The notes below the pieces were generated by a model, which was not told where the DNA came from, ran no database searches, and saw nothing but the letters and a program-made list of their open reading frames with translations. Below, in pieces: positions 10,287 through 21,020 of a stretch of 64,000 nucleotides of DNA. Within the stretch, counting starts at the first letter, position 1, and the number at the start of each line of letters is the position of its first letter. This DNA comes from Sumerlaeia bacterium. Lineage in GTDB: Bacteria > Sumerlaeota > Sumerlaeia > SLMS01 > JAHLLQ01. The translations under genes and the position numbers were made by a program. Location: positions 192,001 to 256,000 of the forward strand of contig JAVJSW010000060.1 in assembly GCA_040219255.1 (NCBI GenBank). The letters are read 5' to 3'.

Positions 10287-10325
10287 ACCCGCCACGCCTT
10301 CCCGCGAATGAAGAGGCCGTTGCCT

Positions 10326-11450
10326 TTACATCGCCGGAGGCAGCGGCGGCGGAACGCTCGCGAAGAGCACCTTGAGTTCCTCCACGTCGCCAGCCTTCGT
10401 CCAGTTCGCCATGCCTTCCTTCCACACCAGCGTTTCGCGGGTGATGGCGCCGCCCTGGGTCTTGGCCTTCAGCTCCTCCATGTTGAAGGGCCCGGCTTGG
10501 GCTCCGTCGATGGCGGCGAAGTACGCCACCTTCACCGCACCCGGCAGCGGCGGCGGCACGGCGCCTCCGCCCTGCTGGGGCTGCTGCTGATCGGGAGAAA
10601 AGGCTTTGGAGAACTGCTGACCCATGCCAAAGCCAGCGGCCATCTGGGCGCCCATGGCTCCCATGCCGCCGGGATTCTTCATCGCTTCGGGCATGGATTC
10701 GGCGGCCTGGAACTTCATGTAGTTGTCCAGGTTGCCCAGGATTCCCATGCTGGCGCGCTTGTCCAGCACCTCCTCCAGGTTCGGCGGCAGCGACACGTTT
10801 TCGACGAAGAACATCGGTACCGAGAGGCCCATCTCGGCCATGTCGGGCGTGATGCGCTCGATGATGTACTTGGAAAGCTCATCCTGGTTCGCCGCCATGT
10901 CGAGCACCGGCAGGCCGCTCGACGCCAGCGCGTCGGTCACGCGGGTCACGATCAGGCTGCGCAGTTGGCCGCTGATTTCGTACACCTCGAAACTCGGGTC
11001 CGTGCCGATCAGCTCGCGCAGGAACTTGCCCGCCTCGCTGACCCTCGTGGCGTAGGTGCCGAAGGCGCGGATGCGCACCGGGCCGAATTCCTTGTCGCGG
11101 ATCATGATGGGGTTTTTGGTGCCCCACTTCTGATCGGTGAAGCGGCGCGTCGAAACGAAGTACACTTCCGCCTTGAAAGGCGATTCGAAGCCGTACTTCC
11201 AGCCCTTGAGCGTCGAGAGGATCGGCAGGTTCTTCGTTTCCAGCGTGTAGGTGCCGGGTTCGAAGAGGTCCGCGAGTTGGCCCTCGTTCACAAAGACGGC
11301 GACTTGGCCTTCGCGGACGATGAGCTTGGCGCCGTTCTTGATTTCGTTGTCGTGGCGGGGGAAACGCCAAGCCAGGCGTTCGTCGTTGCTCGCCTGATTC
11401 CACTCGATGATATCAATTAACTGACCACGCAGCTTGTCGAAAATGCTCAT
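10326..11450 (-). CDS. SPFH (band 7-like, YdjI type) protein with C-terminal GYF_2-like domain
   Basis: IKNGAKLIVREGQVAVFVNEG, KWGTKNPI, GPVRIRAFG; C-terminal QAGPF...TLVWKEGMANW. Confidence 0.88.
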   Translation of the reverse strand: MSIFDKLRGQLIDIIEWNQASNDERLAWRFPRHDNEIKNGAKLIVREGQVAVFVNEGQLADLFEPGTYTLETKNLPILSTLKGWKYGFESPFKAEVYFVSTRRFTDQKWGTKNPIMIRDKEFGPVRIRAFGTYATRVSEAGKFLRELIGTDPSFEVYEISGQLRSLIVTRVTDALASSGLPVLDMAANQDELSKYIIERITPDMAEMGLSVPMFFVENVSLPPNLEEVLDKRASMGILGNLDNYMKFQAAESMPEAMKNPGGMGAMGAQMAAGFGMGQQFSKAFSPDQQQPQQGGGAVPPPLPGAVKVAYFAAIDGAQAGPFNMEELKAKTQGGAITRETLVWKEGMANWTKAGDVEELKVLFASVPPPLPPAM

Positions 11451-11714
11451 GAGCAACTCCTTGGGGTCCGGCGCCTTTGTCTGGGGCGGCGCCCGCGCCT
11501 TCGCGCGCGGCCCGCCCGGACGCGGGACTATCGTCTTCTCGCCAGCCCTACGGCCTGGAGGCGCCCCTATTCAAGAAAATCGTATGCCAGGACGCAAGGA
11601 AATGCCCCCGCCCTCCTCGATCGATGGAGGCCCAGGGGCGCATCACCCTGGATTTTCTGACGGTGGGCAACGGCGGTGGCCGCCCCTCTCCCACCTTCGC
11701 CGGACCCTCTGCTA

Positions 11715-14700
11715 TCAATAGACCAGCCAGACATGACCTTTGGGTGGCGCTTCGACAGTGATCGCCATGGTGCCTTCGCTGGCGGCGTTTTTGTCGTCGA
11801 CGATCAGAACCCGCACGGCGGTCTCGCCGAGGCTGCTGAACTGATGGGCAACGGTCGGAGCGGAGGTGAGGCGATCCAGCGTGCCATCGGCATCGAAATC
11901 CCAGCCGTAGATCTTCACTTCCCCGTCCGGATCAAGAGAACCAGAGGCCGTCAGGAGAGTGGGGCGATTGATGATGACGGGTAACGAATGAGCCATCTGG
12001 ATCGTGGGGGAGATGTTCTCAGGATCGGGCTCGGGAGCGGTGACCGTCAGTTCGAGGAGTTCGGCACCCAGGATCACACCATTTGCGTTCCGCGTCGTCA
12101 CCGTGATCGTTCGGGTTGCCTCTCCCTCCGCGACATAGGCCGGTTGGATAAGGTCAGGGGTTAGGGCCGTGGTGCCATCGCCGAAATGCCATTCGAAGGC
12201 GAACGGCGCACCGGGGCCTTCGGCGCCCGCATAGAACTGGATGAAACCGGGGCTGGTGACGCTCTGTGCGCTGGCGAAGGCGCTCACGGCGATGCGGTCA
12301 TGGGGCGCGCCGGCGGCAATCCAGTTCGCGATGGTGGCCCGATCGGCTTCGGAGAGCTGCGCCGTCAAAGGCATTGGCCCTCCGGCGGTGGGAATCGCGC
12401 AGGTGAGCTTTTCGAGAAGGAAACTTTCCGCGACGGACGACTGCGGGCCGCCGTCCTGGGGAACGAGGCGCCGGGTTGGGACCTCCCGGCTGTAGCGGCC
12501 GACAAGCCCCGAGTAGGCAAAGCCGTCGTCGAGCATCAGCCGCTCATAGGGTTCGGCGTTGCCGTGGCAACCGATGCAGTTGGCAGTGAGGATGTTCTGC
12601 ACCGAGGCGAAGCCGAGATCCACGCCCGGGGCCACCTCCGGCAGGGTCGAGCAGCCGCTGGCGTTGTCCTGGGGGATGAACTCCAGTGGGGCGGTATTCG
12701 GGCCGTCCTGGGCACGCGATACGATGGCCGGGCGGACGGCTTGGCTGGGGAAGGGCTCGGCGACGGCGCGGAAGGCGGCGCCCGGAGCGAGGGGAGGCAG
12801 GGGGATGGTGAATTCTCCCGCGGCGCCGGTGCGGACGGCGCTCGGGTAGCTCACCCCCGCGAGCCGGTGTGCGCCGGATACCGGCATCGGCAGCCAGTTA
12901 TCCCGCTCCATTTCGACCTCCAGGGCGACTTCCAGATTCGCGACCGGTGTGCCTGCCATCCGCACTGATCCCACAATGGCGTTCTGGGCCAGAAGTTGCC
13001 TGGCCTGGAACGAGGCCACATCGATGGGCACATAGACATCATGCGCAACGGCACCCGGAGCTGAGGCCCGCAAGATGAAGTGCGATCCATAGACTCGCAG
13101 GTCCATCAACTCAGCCCCATAGGAACCATTCTCCAGCGTGGCGAGCGATTCAAGGGGGACGGCGCCCGAGAGGAGGGCGCTTTTCCCGTCGGCATCAAGC
13201 AGCGTGACCGTGGCGGAGGTGGGCTCGGCTGGGTTGACATTCGCGTTGAAAACCCGCCCGGAGACTGAAATGGCGGGTACCCTGGCATAGGCTCCAATTT
13301 CAAGGGTCAGGTCCGCGCTGATGCCCATGTCGTTGGTCGCGGTGACCTTGACGGGATAGCGCCCGGGGTCTGTGAAGGTATGGGTCACGGCGCCCCCGTC
13401 GCTTGTGGTGCCGTCGCCAAAATCCCAGAGCAGGGTGGGGTTTCCGTCGCCACTGGCGGTGGCGCTGAACTGAACGGTCAGGGGCGCTTCGCCATCGGTG
13501 GCGCTGGCGGAGGCGGACAGGGAAGGAGGTTCGTTGGGGTCGCGATAGGAGATGCGGTCGATTTGGCCGAAGACATAGGCGGTCATGGCAATCAGCAGAG
13601 AGCCATCGGGCAGCACCGTCATATCGCCACCGCCGGGCTGATCGTTGGGATACTGATAGATGCTCTGGAGACCGATCGCCTCGCCGGTGGCATCGTCGAT
13701 TTCCAGCCGGAGGTATTCCCCGGCGGTGCCTTCGCCGGCGGGCAGAAAGCCCCAATCGCTGAGGATGATGTCTCCGGTCCAGTCCTCGGGAAACATGCCG
13801 CCGCGATACGCCAGGAGCGAGACAATGGCGTTGCCGTGCAGGGGCTCGGGGCCGTGGGGATAGGCGAGGAAAGGATCCCGGTGGTTTGGCGGCGGGGTGC
13901 CGATGGGGTCCTGGGCGGCGGGGCCTTCGATTTCCGGCCACCCATAGTTGGCGCCCGGTTCGATCACGTTGACTTCTTCCCAGACACCGCCGCCGGTGTC
14001 GGTGGAATACATGACATCGGAAACCGCGTCGTAATAGAGGCGGAAGGGGTTCCGCAGACCCAGCGCCCAGATGTAGTTCTCGGGCCGCAGCGTGCTGTCG
14101 ATGGCGAAGGGATTGCCCGGGGCTGGCGTGCCGTCGGGGTTCATGCGCAGGATCTTGCCGCGGAAGCTGGTGAGATCCTGGGAATTGCCGCCGAGGCCGT
14201 CCTCGCCGAGGGACAGGAAGAGTTTGCCATCGCCGCCGAATTCCAGCCCACCGGCGAAATGGATCACGCTGGCGAGGTTCGCGTCTGGGATGTCGAAGAT
14301 GATCGTGCCACTGCCTGGAACGATGGCGTTCTTGTCGCTTGGGTCGGCGGTGAATCGCTCGATGCGGATGCGGCGGTCCTGGGGAAAACCCGTCTCGGGG
14401 TCGTAGGGGGGAATGTCACGGGTGTAGGAGACGAAGAAATGGCCGGTCTGGGCGAAGTCTGGCGAGGCGACACAGCCAAGCATTCCCATCTCGCCCTGCA
14501 CCAAACCCCGGTAATCGAGAAAAAGCTGGGGAAGAATGCCGGTGCCATCGGCGTTCACGTCAGCCTCTGGGTCCCACAGATAGGCCCGATTGTCCATCAT
14601 GCCGATGAAGACCCGGCCATCGGGCAGGGCCTCCAGGGTGTTCGGGTGGCCCTGAAAAGACGTGGGATCCACGGGGTCGGGATTCCGCAAATCGGCGTGA

Positions 14701-14798
14701 ACGAAGATGCTGTTCACGGAAAACCCTGGCGGCAGGGCGAGCACGGCGGGAGCCGCAGTCAAAGCGGCCAGCAGGGACATCAGGGGGAGCAATCGCAC
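11715..14798 (-). CDS. Secreted glucose/sorbosone (PQQ-type) dehydrogenase with PKD domains and a cytochrome c domain
   Basis: HFAGGLEFGGDGKL, GKILRMNPDG, ALGLRNPFR, GANYGWP; PKD-like WDFGDG, WHFGDG, WDFDADG; CIGCH heme motif; GTG start precedes the signal peptide; ends KGHVWLVY. Confidence 0.85.
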   Translation of the reverse strand: MRLLPLMSLLAALTAAPAVLALPPGFSVNSIFVHADLRNPDPVDPTSFQGHPNTLEALPDGRVFIGMMDNRAYLWDPEADVNADGTGILPQLFLDYRGLVQGEMGMLGCVASPDFAQTGHFFVSYTRDIPPYDPETGFPQDRRIRIERFTADPSDKNAIVPGSGTIIFDIPDANLASVIHFAGGLEFGGDGKLFLSLGEDGLGGNSQDLTSFRGKILRMNPDGTPAPGNPFAIDSTLRPENYIWALGLRNPFRLYYDAVSDVMYSTDTGGGVWEEVNVIEPGANYGWPEIEGPAAQDPIGTPPPNHRDPFLAYPHGPEPLHGNAIVSLLAYRGGMFPEDWTGDIILSDWGFLPAGEGTAGEYLRLEIDDATGEAIGLQSIYQYPNDQPGGGDMTVLPDGSLLIAMTAYVFGQIDRISYRDPNEPPSLSASASATDGEAPLTVQFSATASGDGNPTLLWDFGDGTTSDGGAVTHTFTDPGRYPVKVTATNDMGISADLTLEIGAYARVPAISVSGRVFNANVNPAEPTSATVTLLDADGKSALLSGAVPLESLATLENGSYGAELMDLRVYGSHFILRASAPGAVAHDVYVPIDVASFQARQLLAQNAIVGSVRMAGTPVANLEVALEVEMERDNWLPMPVSGAHRLAGVSYPSAVRTGAAGEFTIPLPPLAPGAAFRAVAEPFPSQAVRPAIVSRAQDGPNTAPLEFIPQDNASGCSTLPEVAPGVDLGFASVQNILTANCIGCHGNAEPYERLMLDDGFAYSGLVGRYSREVPTRRLVPQDGGPQSSVAESFLLEKLTCAIPTAGGPMPLTAQLSEADRATIANWIAAGAPHDRIAVSAFASAQSVTSPGFIQFYAGAEGPGAPFAFEWHFGDGTTALTPDLIQPAYVAEGEATRTITVTTRNANGVILGAELLELTVTAPEPDPENISPTIQMAHSLPVIINRPTLLTASGSLDPDGEVKIYGWDFDADGTLDRLTSAPTVAHQFSSLGETAVRVLIVDDKNAASEGTMAITVEAPPKGHVWLVY

Positions 14799-14975
14799 GG
14801 CAATTTCTTCCAGTTCTGACTCTTGTGCCGAAACGCTTGCCATTCCAATGGGTCGAATCAAGCCGATTTTCCGGTGGCCGTCCGACCGCGCGCGCCCCCC
14901 CACTCCGCCCTTGCCATCCCCGCTCCAAATCCTCCAGTGTCATCATCCTGAATCTGCACGGAGTTTGCCTACCCT

Positions 14976-16802
14976 TTGGACCATCGTTTCCAGGTCGATC
15001 TCGGCGGCGTCATCGACCTGCTCTCCAATCATCTCTACAGCGGGCCGGAAGTCTTCGTCCGTGAACTGCTCCAAAACGGGCTCGACGCGATTCGGGCGCG
15101 GCGGGGGCAGGCGCCGGGGTTCGAAGGCCACATCCGCGTCGAGTGCCTCAGTGGCACCGAGGGCACGTCGCTCGTTTTCGAGGACGATGGCATCGGTCTG
15201 ACGGAGCAGGAAATCCATGGGTTCCTGGCGACCATCGGTCAATCGTCCAAGCGCGCCGATTTGCTGACGCAGCGCAGCGATTTCCTGGGCCAGTTCGGCA
15301 TCGGGCTGCTGTCGTGTTTTCTCGTGTGCGACGAAATCACTGTCCTGACGCGCTCGGCCAAGGACCCGGCCGCTCCCACCCTGCAATGGCGCGGCCGCAG
15401 CGACGGCACCTACGACGTCGAGAAGAAGAGTTTCGAGATGGAGCCTGGGACGCAGGTGTTCCTGCGGGCGCGGCCTGATTCCCTTGAGCTGTTCGAGCCG
15501 CGCGCCGTGCGCGAATTGCTGCTGCATTTCGGCGGCCTTCTGCCGGTGCCGATCACGCTCGAGTGGCATGGGGCGCGGGAGCACCTGAACGCCACGAAGG
15601 CCCCCTGGAAGCGCCTCTTTCGCAGCCGCGAGGAGCAGCGCCGCGCCTTCCTGGAATTTGGCCAGGAACTCTTCGGCCAGCCCTTCCTGGACGCCATTCC
15701 GCTGGAAACGCAGGCCGGCGAAATCGAAGGCGTGGCCTTCGTCCTGCCCCATCCCGCCAAGCCTAGCGTCCGCGCCGGAGCCCGGGTTTATCTCAAGGAC
15801 ATGCTTCTCGGCGAAGCCATCGACAACGTCCTGCCAGACTGGGCGTTTTTCGTCCGCGCCGTGGTGAACAGCCACACCCTGCGCCCCACTGCCTCGCGCG
15901 AGTCGCTGGTCGAGGACCGCGAGTTGGAGCTGACCCGTGAGGAGTTGGGCGATTCGCTCAAGACCTACATCGCCGAACTGCGCGAGAACGACCCGGCGAT
16001 GCTCGAACGCCTGCTGGCGATTCACAGCTTGTCGATCAAGGCGCTGGCGATCCACGACGACGAGTTCTGCCGCATTTTCGCCGACCTGCTGACCTTCGAG
16101 ACTTCCCTGGGCGAGATGCGTCTGGGCGAGTACCGCCGGCAGATTCCCGGCCCCATTCGCTACGTGCCCACCCGCGATCAATTCCGCCAGATCGCCCGCG
16201 TGGCCAGCGCCCAGTCCCAAGCCATCATCAACGGCGGCTATGTGTACGATGCGGAACTGCTGGAGAAGCTTGTCCACGTCCTCGAAGGCGTCCGCGTCGA
16301 ACGCGTCGAGCCCTCCGAGCTGACGCAGGACTTCGAGGATCTGAGCGAAGCGGAAGAGCGCGAGGTGCGGGCGTTCCTGATCGCGGCGGACGCGGCGTTG
16401 CGGCCCTTCGAGGCGCGCGCCGATGTGCGCAATTTCGACCCGGTGGATTTACCGGCGCTGCTGACCATCGATGAAGCGGCCCGCTTCCGGCGTTCGCTCG
16501 AGCAGTCGCAGAGCAAGGCCGACCCGATGTGGAATTCGATCCTGGGCAGCATCGGCACGGGGCGCGGCACCGACGCCCGCTCGCAACTGACGCTGAACCA
16601 TCGCAATCCGCTGGTGCGGAAACTGGCGCGGCTAGCCGACGGGCCGGCGCTGCGCATCGCCGTCGAGATGCTCTATGTGCAGGCGCTTCTGCTGGGCCAT
16701 CATCCCCTCTCGGCCCGCGAGATGGTGGCGCTCAACCATGGCCTCATCGACCTCCTCGACATGGCCGTGACGCCCGAAGACGAAGGCGTGCCGGAGCCAT
16801 GA
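14976..16802 (+). CDS. HSP90-family (HtpG-like, GHKL) ATPase
   Basis: FQVDL, RELLQNGLDA, DDGIG, GQFGIG; middle-domain LPDWAFFVRAVV...PTASRE; C-terminal LNHRNPLV. Confidence 0.9.
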   Translation: MDHRFQVDLGGVIDLLSNHLYSGPEVFVRELLQNGLDAIRARRGQAPGFEGHIRVECLSGTEGTSLVFEDDGIGLTEQEIHGFLATIGQSSKRADLLTQRSDFLGQFGIGLLSCFLVCDEITVLTRSAKDPAAPTLQWRGRSDGTYDVEKKSFEMEPGTQVFLRARPDSLELFEPRAVRELLLHFGGLLPVPITLEWHGAREHLNATKAPWKRLFRSREEQRRAFLEFGQELFGQPFLDAIPLETQAGEIEGVAFVLPHPAKPSVRAGARVYLKDMLLGEAIDNVLPDWAFFVRAVVNSHTLRPTASRESLVEDRELELTREELGDSLKTYIAELRENDPAMLERLLAIHSLSIKALAIHDDEFCRIFADLLTFETSLGEMRLGEYRRQIPGPIRYVPTRDQFRQIARVASAQSQAIINGGYVYDAELLEKLVHVLEGVRVERVEPSELTQDFEDLSEAEEREVRAFLIAADAALRPFEARADVRNFDPVDLPALLTIDEAARFRRSLEQSQSKADPMWNSILGSIGTGRGTDARSQLTLNHRNPLVRKLARLADGPALRIAVEMLYVQALLLGHHPLSAREMVALNHGLIDLLDMAVTPEDEGVPEP

Positions 16803-17941
16803 GCGACCATCGCGACCGCATTCAGGATTTGCTCGATCAGGCGGCGGACCTGGAACCGGGCCCCGCCAAGGTGGCGCTGCTCGAGGAAGCGGTCGCCCTC
16901 GCCGACGCCAGCCACGACGACGAAATGGGCTTCCGGTCGCGCGACGCGCTGGTGGACGCGACGAGCTGGGGCGGGCTCTTTCCGGAGAAAATGCTGACCG
17001 CCTTTTCCTGGATGCTGGCGCTCTTCGATGAGAAGCCGGACGCCAGGTACATTCAGCCCTGGAACCTGCTCTGGATTTACAAATGGATCGGCGGCCGAAT
17101 CACCGACTTCCCCGAAGTCTCGCGCGAGCAGGTCGAGGGGCTCTTCGCCGACATGGACCGCCGCTACCGCGAGCACGGGTTCAACCTGCGGCCCGTGTGG
17201 AAACTGCGATGCCAGGCGGCCCTGGACATGGAATCGGTCGAGGACGCCCGGCGCCTCCGCCAGCAGTGGGTCTCCGCGCCCCAGGACTACATGAACGATT
17301 GCCGCGCCTGTGAACTCAACAGCCACGTCAGCTATTTCCTCGACACCGGGGAATGGGACGAAGCGCTTCGTGTGGCGGAGCCCCTCCTCAACCGCAAGGA
17401 AAGCTGCCGGTCCGTGCCCCATTCGACCTATGGGAATGTGCTCATTCCGCTGTTGAGGCAGGGCGACGCCCAGCGAGCCATGGACTGCCACCGCCGCGGC
17501 TATCCGATGATCCAGCGCAACAGCAGCTTCGTCGCCACGGCGTCGAAGCACATGACCTTCTGCGCCCTGACCGACAACCGGGCGCGAGCGTTGCGCCTGT
17601 TCGAACGCCATCTGCCCCTGGCTCTCACTTCCACAAACCAGGACGTGAAGTTTACATTCTACCGCAACGCGGCCTACACTTTCGACCGCCTGGCGCGCGT
17701 GCGGAAGAAAAGCGCGGTGAAGTTGCGCGTCGCCGAGGACGCCCTCCCCGTGCCCCGCAACGATCAGGGCGAGGCCGAGCTGGAAGCGGTGCGCGATTTT
17801 TTCCTCGCCGAAGCCCGCCGGATCGCCAAGCGTTTCGACGCCCGCAACGGCAATACGGGCTACAGCGCCAAGCTGGATCACCTGCGCGAATGGGACGAAT
17901 ACGCGGTTGAGATTCCTTACGCCACCAAAGCGGACGATTGA
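16799..17941 (+). CDS. Helical/TPR-like protein coupled to the HSP90-family gene
   Basis: ATGA overlap with the upstream stop; DCRACE and SCRSVPH motifs; helical character. Confidence 0.75.
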   Translation: MSDHRDRIQDLLDQAADLEPGPAKVALLEEAVALADASHDDEMGFRSRDALVDATSWGGLFPEKMLTAFSWMLALFDEKPDARYIQPWNLLWIYKWIGGRITDFPEVSREQVEGLFADMDRRYREHGFNLRPVWKLRCQAALDMESVEDARRLRQQWVSAPQDYMNDCRACELNSHVSYFLDTGEWDEALRVAEPLLNRKESCRSVPHSTYGNVLIPLLRQGDAQRAMDCHRRGYPMIQRNSSFVATASKHMTFCALTDNRARALRLFERHLPLALTSTNQDVKFTFYRNAAYTFDRLARVRKKSAVKLRVAEDALPVPRNDQGEAELEAVRDFFLAEARRIAKRFDARNGNTGYSAKLDHLREWDEYAVEIPYATKADD

Positions 17942-20882
17942 ACGGGCGGGGCTAGCGTTCGCTCTGGCCCTAGCCCTCGCGTACTCCTCCTTCGCGACGT
18001 CCGATCGCTGGTTCGATTATGAAACGCTCTGGACCGATGTGCCGGCGGAGCGCCTGGCGGAAATCGGCGACTCCGGCGCGGACGCATGGATGCCCGCTTC
18101 CCTGGGCCGCGTCACCCGCCAGCGCTGGCCATGGTTCGAGTTTCATTTCTCCAAGACCGGCTGGTACGACGCGCCGCTGCCCGATGGCTCGACGATGCGC
18201 TTCGTGAGCATGCGCCGCACCGACGTCATGGCTCCGGAACTGCGTCAGGCCATGCTGGACGGGGGCTTCGACATCGCCACCTATTCGGGTGTCAGCGAGG
18301 ACGGCCGGCACACCATCGCCCTCGACCTGGGCGGGCCGCTGGGATTTCACGCAGCCATCCGCGGGCCAGAAACGGGGACCGTCTTCATTGACCCGGTGAC
18401 CCGCGACAAGACCGCCTTCACGTTCGTCAGCTACGCCAAAGCCAACGCCCCCAACGCCGGTCGGCTCCTGCCCTGCCTCGTCCAGGACGAACTCCCGCTC
18501 AAGCCCAGCGCCGAGAAGGGTTTTCCTTCCACCGGCAGCATTCTGCGCACGTATCGCCTCGCCGTCTCCGCCACCGGCGAGTACACCGCCTACCACGGCG
18601 GCGCTTCCCAGGCGATGGCATCCATCGTGACCGCCGTGAACCGTGTGAACCAGATTTTCGAGCGCGATCTGTCCGTTCGGTTCATTCTGGTTTCGGACAA
18701 TATGGACCTGATTTTCACCGATGCGGCGACGGACCCCTTCACGAATGGCGATCCGGACGCGATGCTGCTGGAGAACCAAACGGCGGTCGATGCCGCGATC
18801 GGACCGAACGGGTACGACGTGGGCCATGTCTTTGGCACGAACAGCGGCGGCGTCGCCTGGCTCGGCAGCGTCTGCGAACCCTCCTTCAAAGCCCGGGGCG
18901 TATCGGCGGCCTTCGAGCCCAACGGCGACCCTTTCTGGGTGGATTACGTGGCGCACGAAATCGGCCATCAGTTCGGCGCCAACCACACCTTCAACTCGCC
19001 GCTCGGATCCTGCATGGCGAACCGCAATGGGTCGGCGGCCTACGAACCCGGAAGCGGTTCCACGATCATGAGCTACTCTGGCCTCTGCAGCTCCGATAAC
19101 CTCCAATTTAACAGCGACTCGTACTTCCACACGCATAGCCTTCAGGAAATGCTGGCGTTCCTGACCAATCCGCAGGGCGCCGGCGAGTGCTTCGGCACGG
19201 TCCTTTCCGGCAACGGCAGCGCCCCCGTGGTGGATGCCGGACCGGACGTGACCATTCCGGCGAACACGCCTTTCTGGCTGACGGCGCCGCCAGCCATCGA
19301 CGGCGAGGACACGGCCTTGACCTATTGCTGGGAGCAATACGACCGCAGCGTGGCCGCGACGCTGAACGACGTGCGCACGGATCGCGGGCCTCTCTTCCGG
19401 TCCTTTCCGCCGGAGATCTCGCCGGATCGCTTCATTCCCCGCATGGACGACTTGCTGGAGGGTATGACCTCGCCCGGCGAGCGCTTGCCAGTCACGACGC
19501 GTACGCTGACGTTTCACCTGACGGTGCGCGACAATCACCCGGGGGGCGGCCGCGTGGGCGTGGACGAGCGCATCCTCTCCGTCGTCGAAAGCCCCGGCTT
19601 CCGCCTCCTCGCCCCCAACGGCGGCGAGGCCCTCGCCGGGGCCGCCGAGGTGCTCTGGGACCCGGCGGGAACGGACCGTTCGCCCGTTACGGCGGCTACC
19701 GTGGACCTGCTGCTTTCCACCAACGGCGGCGTCAGCTACGAGACGCTGGTGTCCTCCGGCCTGCCGAATACAGGCCGGGCGGTGGTGCGTCTGCCGGATG
19801 TGGAGGCCGCGCAAGCGCGCCTGATGATCCGCGGCGGCGGAAACATCTTCTTCGATATCAGCGACGGCGCCTTCTCCGTGGCGCCCGCCACGAATGGCGC
19901 CGCGTTTTTCCGGACGCGTAAGGACGCTCTCGACGATTCGGCCTACAACGGCAACGGCCACGCCGAACCGGGCGAGGTCGTGGCGCTCAGGCTTGGCATC
20001 GAAAACCAGGGCAATTTGGCGGCGGTGGCGGTCACGGGGCGGCTGGAGACGCTGACGGCGGGAACCGAAATCCTATCGGCCGAAGCCACTTTCCCGCCGC
20101 TGGAAATCGGCGCGGCGGGCACGAACGACGAGCCCTTCCTGCTGCGCATCGCCTCGGATTTCGTCTGCGGCGATACGGTCGAGATGCAACTCGTGGTCGA
20201 GTCCGACGCAGGAACCAGCACCCTGCCACTGTCTCTCTCAACCGGCGTTTCCACAAACACCGCGCTTCTGGAGGAAGGCTTCGAACCGCCTTCCGCCGTC
20301 GATGGCTTCACCACCATGGTGATGGCGGGGGAGGACCGTTGGGCCGTGCGAACGGCCTCCGCGAGCCCCGCCGCACCCCACAGCGGCACGGCGCTACTGC
20401 GCTACGAACCGCGCCTTGCGGAAATCGCCGACGTGCGCCTTGTCACGCCGGCGGTGACGGGCGCCGAACGCATCCGTTTCTATCACACCTACGACATCGA
20501 GGCGGGCTGGGACGGCGCGGTGCTCGAATTGTCCGTCGATGGCGGATCCACCTGGTTCGACGCCGAGCCCTACTTTGTGTCCGGAGGATACAATTTCCGT
20601 CTGAACGCCCCGCCGAGTCCCACACTCCCCGGCGGCAGTTCGAACCCGCTGGCGGGCCGGCGCGCCTGGACCGCCGGAGACATTGGGCCGATGGAAGAGG
20701 TTCTTCTCGATGTGTCCGAATGGGCAAGCGAGTCGCTTCAGGTCGGATTCCGGTGGGGCTCCGACGACTCCGGCGTCTCGCTCGGCGGCTGGTTTATCGA
20801 CGACCTGCGCATCGAGCGAACGGCTTCGCGCTGCGAGGCGCCCCTGCGCCCGGCCGGGGTGACGGGGGTTCAGCTTCACTGA
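17907..20882 (+). CDS. Secreted reprolysin-like (M12B) zinc metallopeptidase with accessory domains
   Basis: HEIGHQFGANH zinc motif, Met-turn STIMSY, YRLAVSATGEY; NGNGHAEPGE Ig-like and C-terminal jelly-roll-like domains; start uncertain. Confidence 0.88.
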   Translation: MRFLTPPKRTIERAGLAFALALALAYSSFATSDRWFDYETLWTDVPAERLAEIGDSGADAWMPASLGRVTRQRWPWFEFHFSKTGWYDAPLPDGSTMRFVSMRRTDVMAPELRQAMLDGGFDIATYSGVSEDGRHTIALDLGGPLGFHAAIRGPETGTVFIDPVTRDKTAFTFVSYAKANAPNAGRLLPCLVQDELPLKPSAEKGFPSTGSILRTYRLAVSATGEYTAYHGGASQAMASIVTAVNRVNQIFERDLSVRFILVSDNMDLIFTDAATDPFTNGDPDAMLLENQTAVDAAIGPNGYDVGHVFGTNSGGVAWLGSVCEPSFKARGVSAAFEPNGDPFWVDYVAHEIGHQFGANHTFNSPLGSCMANRNGSAAYEPGSGSTIMSYSGLCSSDNLQFNSDSYFHTHSLQEMLAFLTNPQGAGECFGTVLSGNGSAPVVDAGPDVTIPANTPFWLTAPPAIDGEDTALTYCWEQYDRSVAATLNDVRTDRGPLFRSFPPEISPDRFIPRMDDLLEGMTSPGERLPVTTRTLTFHLTVRDNHPGGGRVGVDERILSVVESPGFRLLAPNGGEALAGAAEVLWDPAGTDRSPVTAATVDLLLSTNGGVSYETLVSSGLPNTGRAVVRLPDVEAAQARLMIRGGGNIFFDISDGAFSVAPATNGAAFFRTRKDALDDSAYNGNGHAEPGEVVALRLGIENQGNLAAVAVTGRLETLTAGTEILSAEATFPPLEIGAAGTNDEPFLLRIASDFVCGDTVEMQLVVESDAGTSTLPLSLSTGVSTNTALLEEGFEPPSAVDGFTTMVMAGEDRWAVRTASASPAAPHSGTALLRYEPRLAEIADVRLVTPAVTGAERIRFYHTYDIEAGWDGAVLELSVDGGSTWFDAEPYFVSGGYNFRLNAPPSPTLPGGSSNPLAGRRAWTAGDIGPMEEVLLDVSEWASESLQVGFRWGSDDSGVSLGGWFIDDLRIERTASRCEAPLRPAGVTGVQLH

Positions 20883-21020
20883 TCGGCTTCACGAGCGGAC
20901 CGTTAATCCACGAGCACTTTTTTCTGAAAGTTCTACTCGCATCGCGGGCACCCTATCCATAGACTGCCGTCCGTCTTAGCGCTTGACCGTCTTATTGCTT
21001 CACCGAAACCGTCCCTGATT

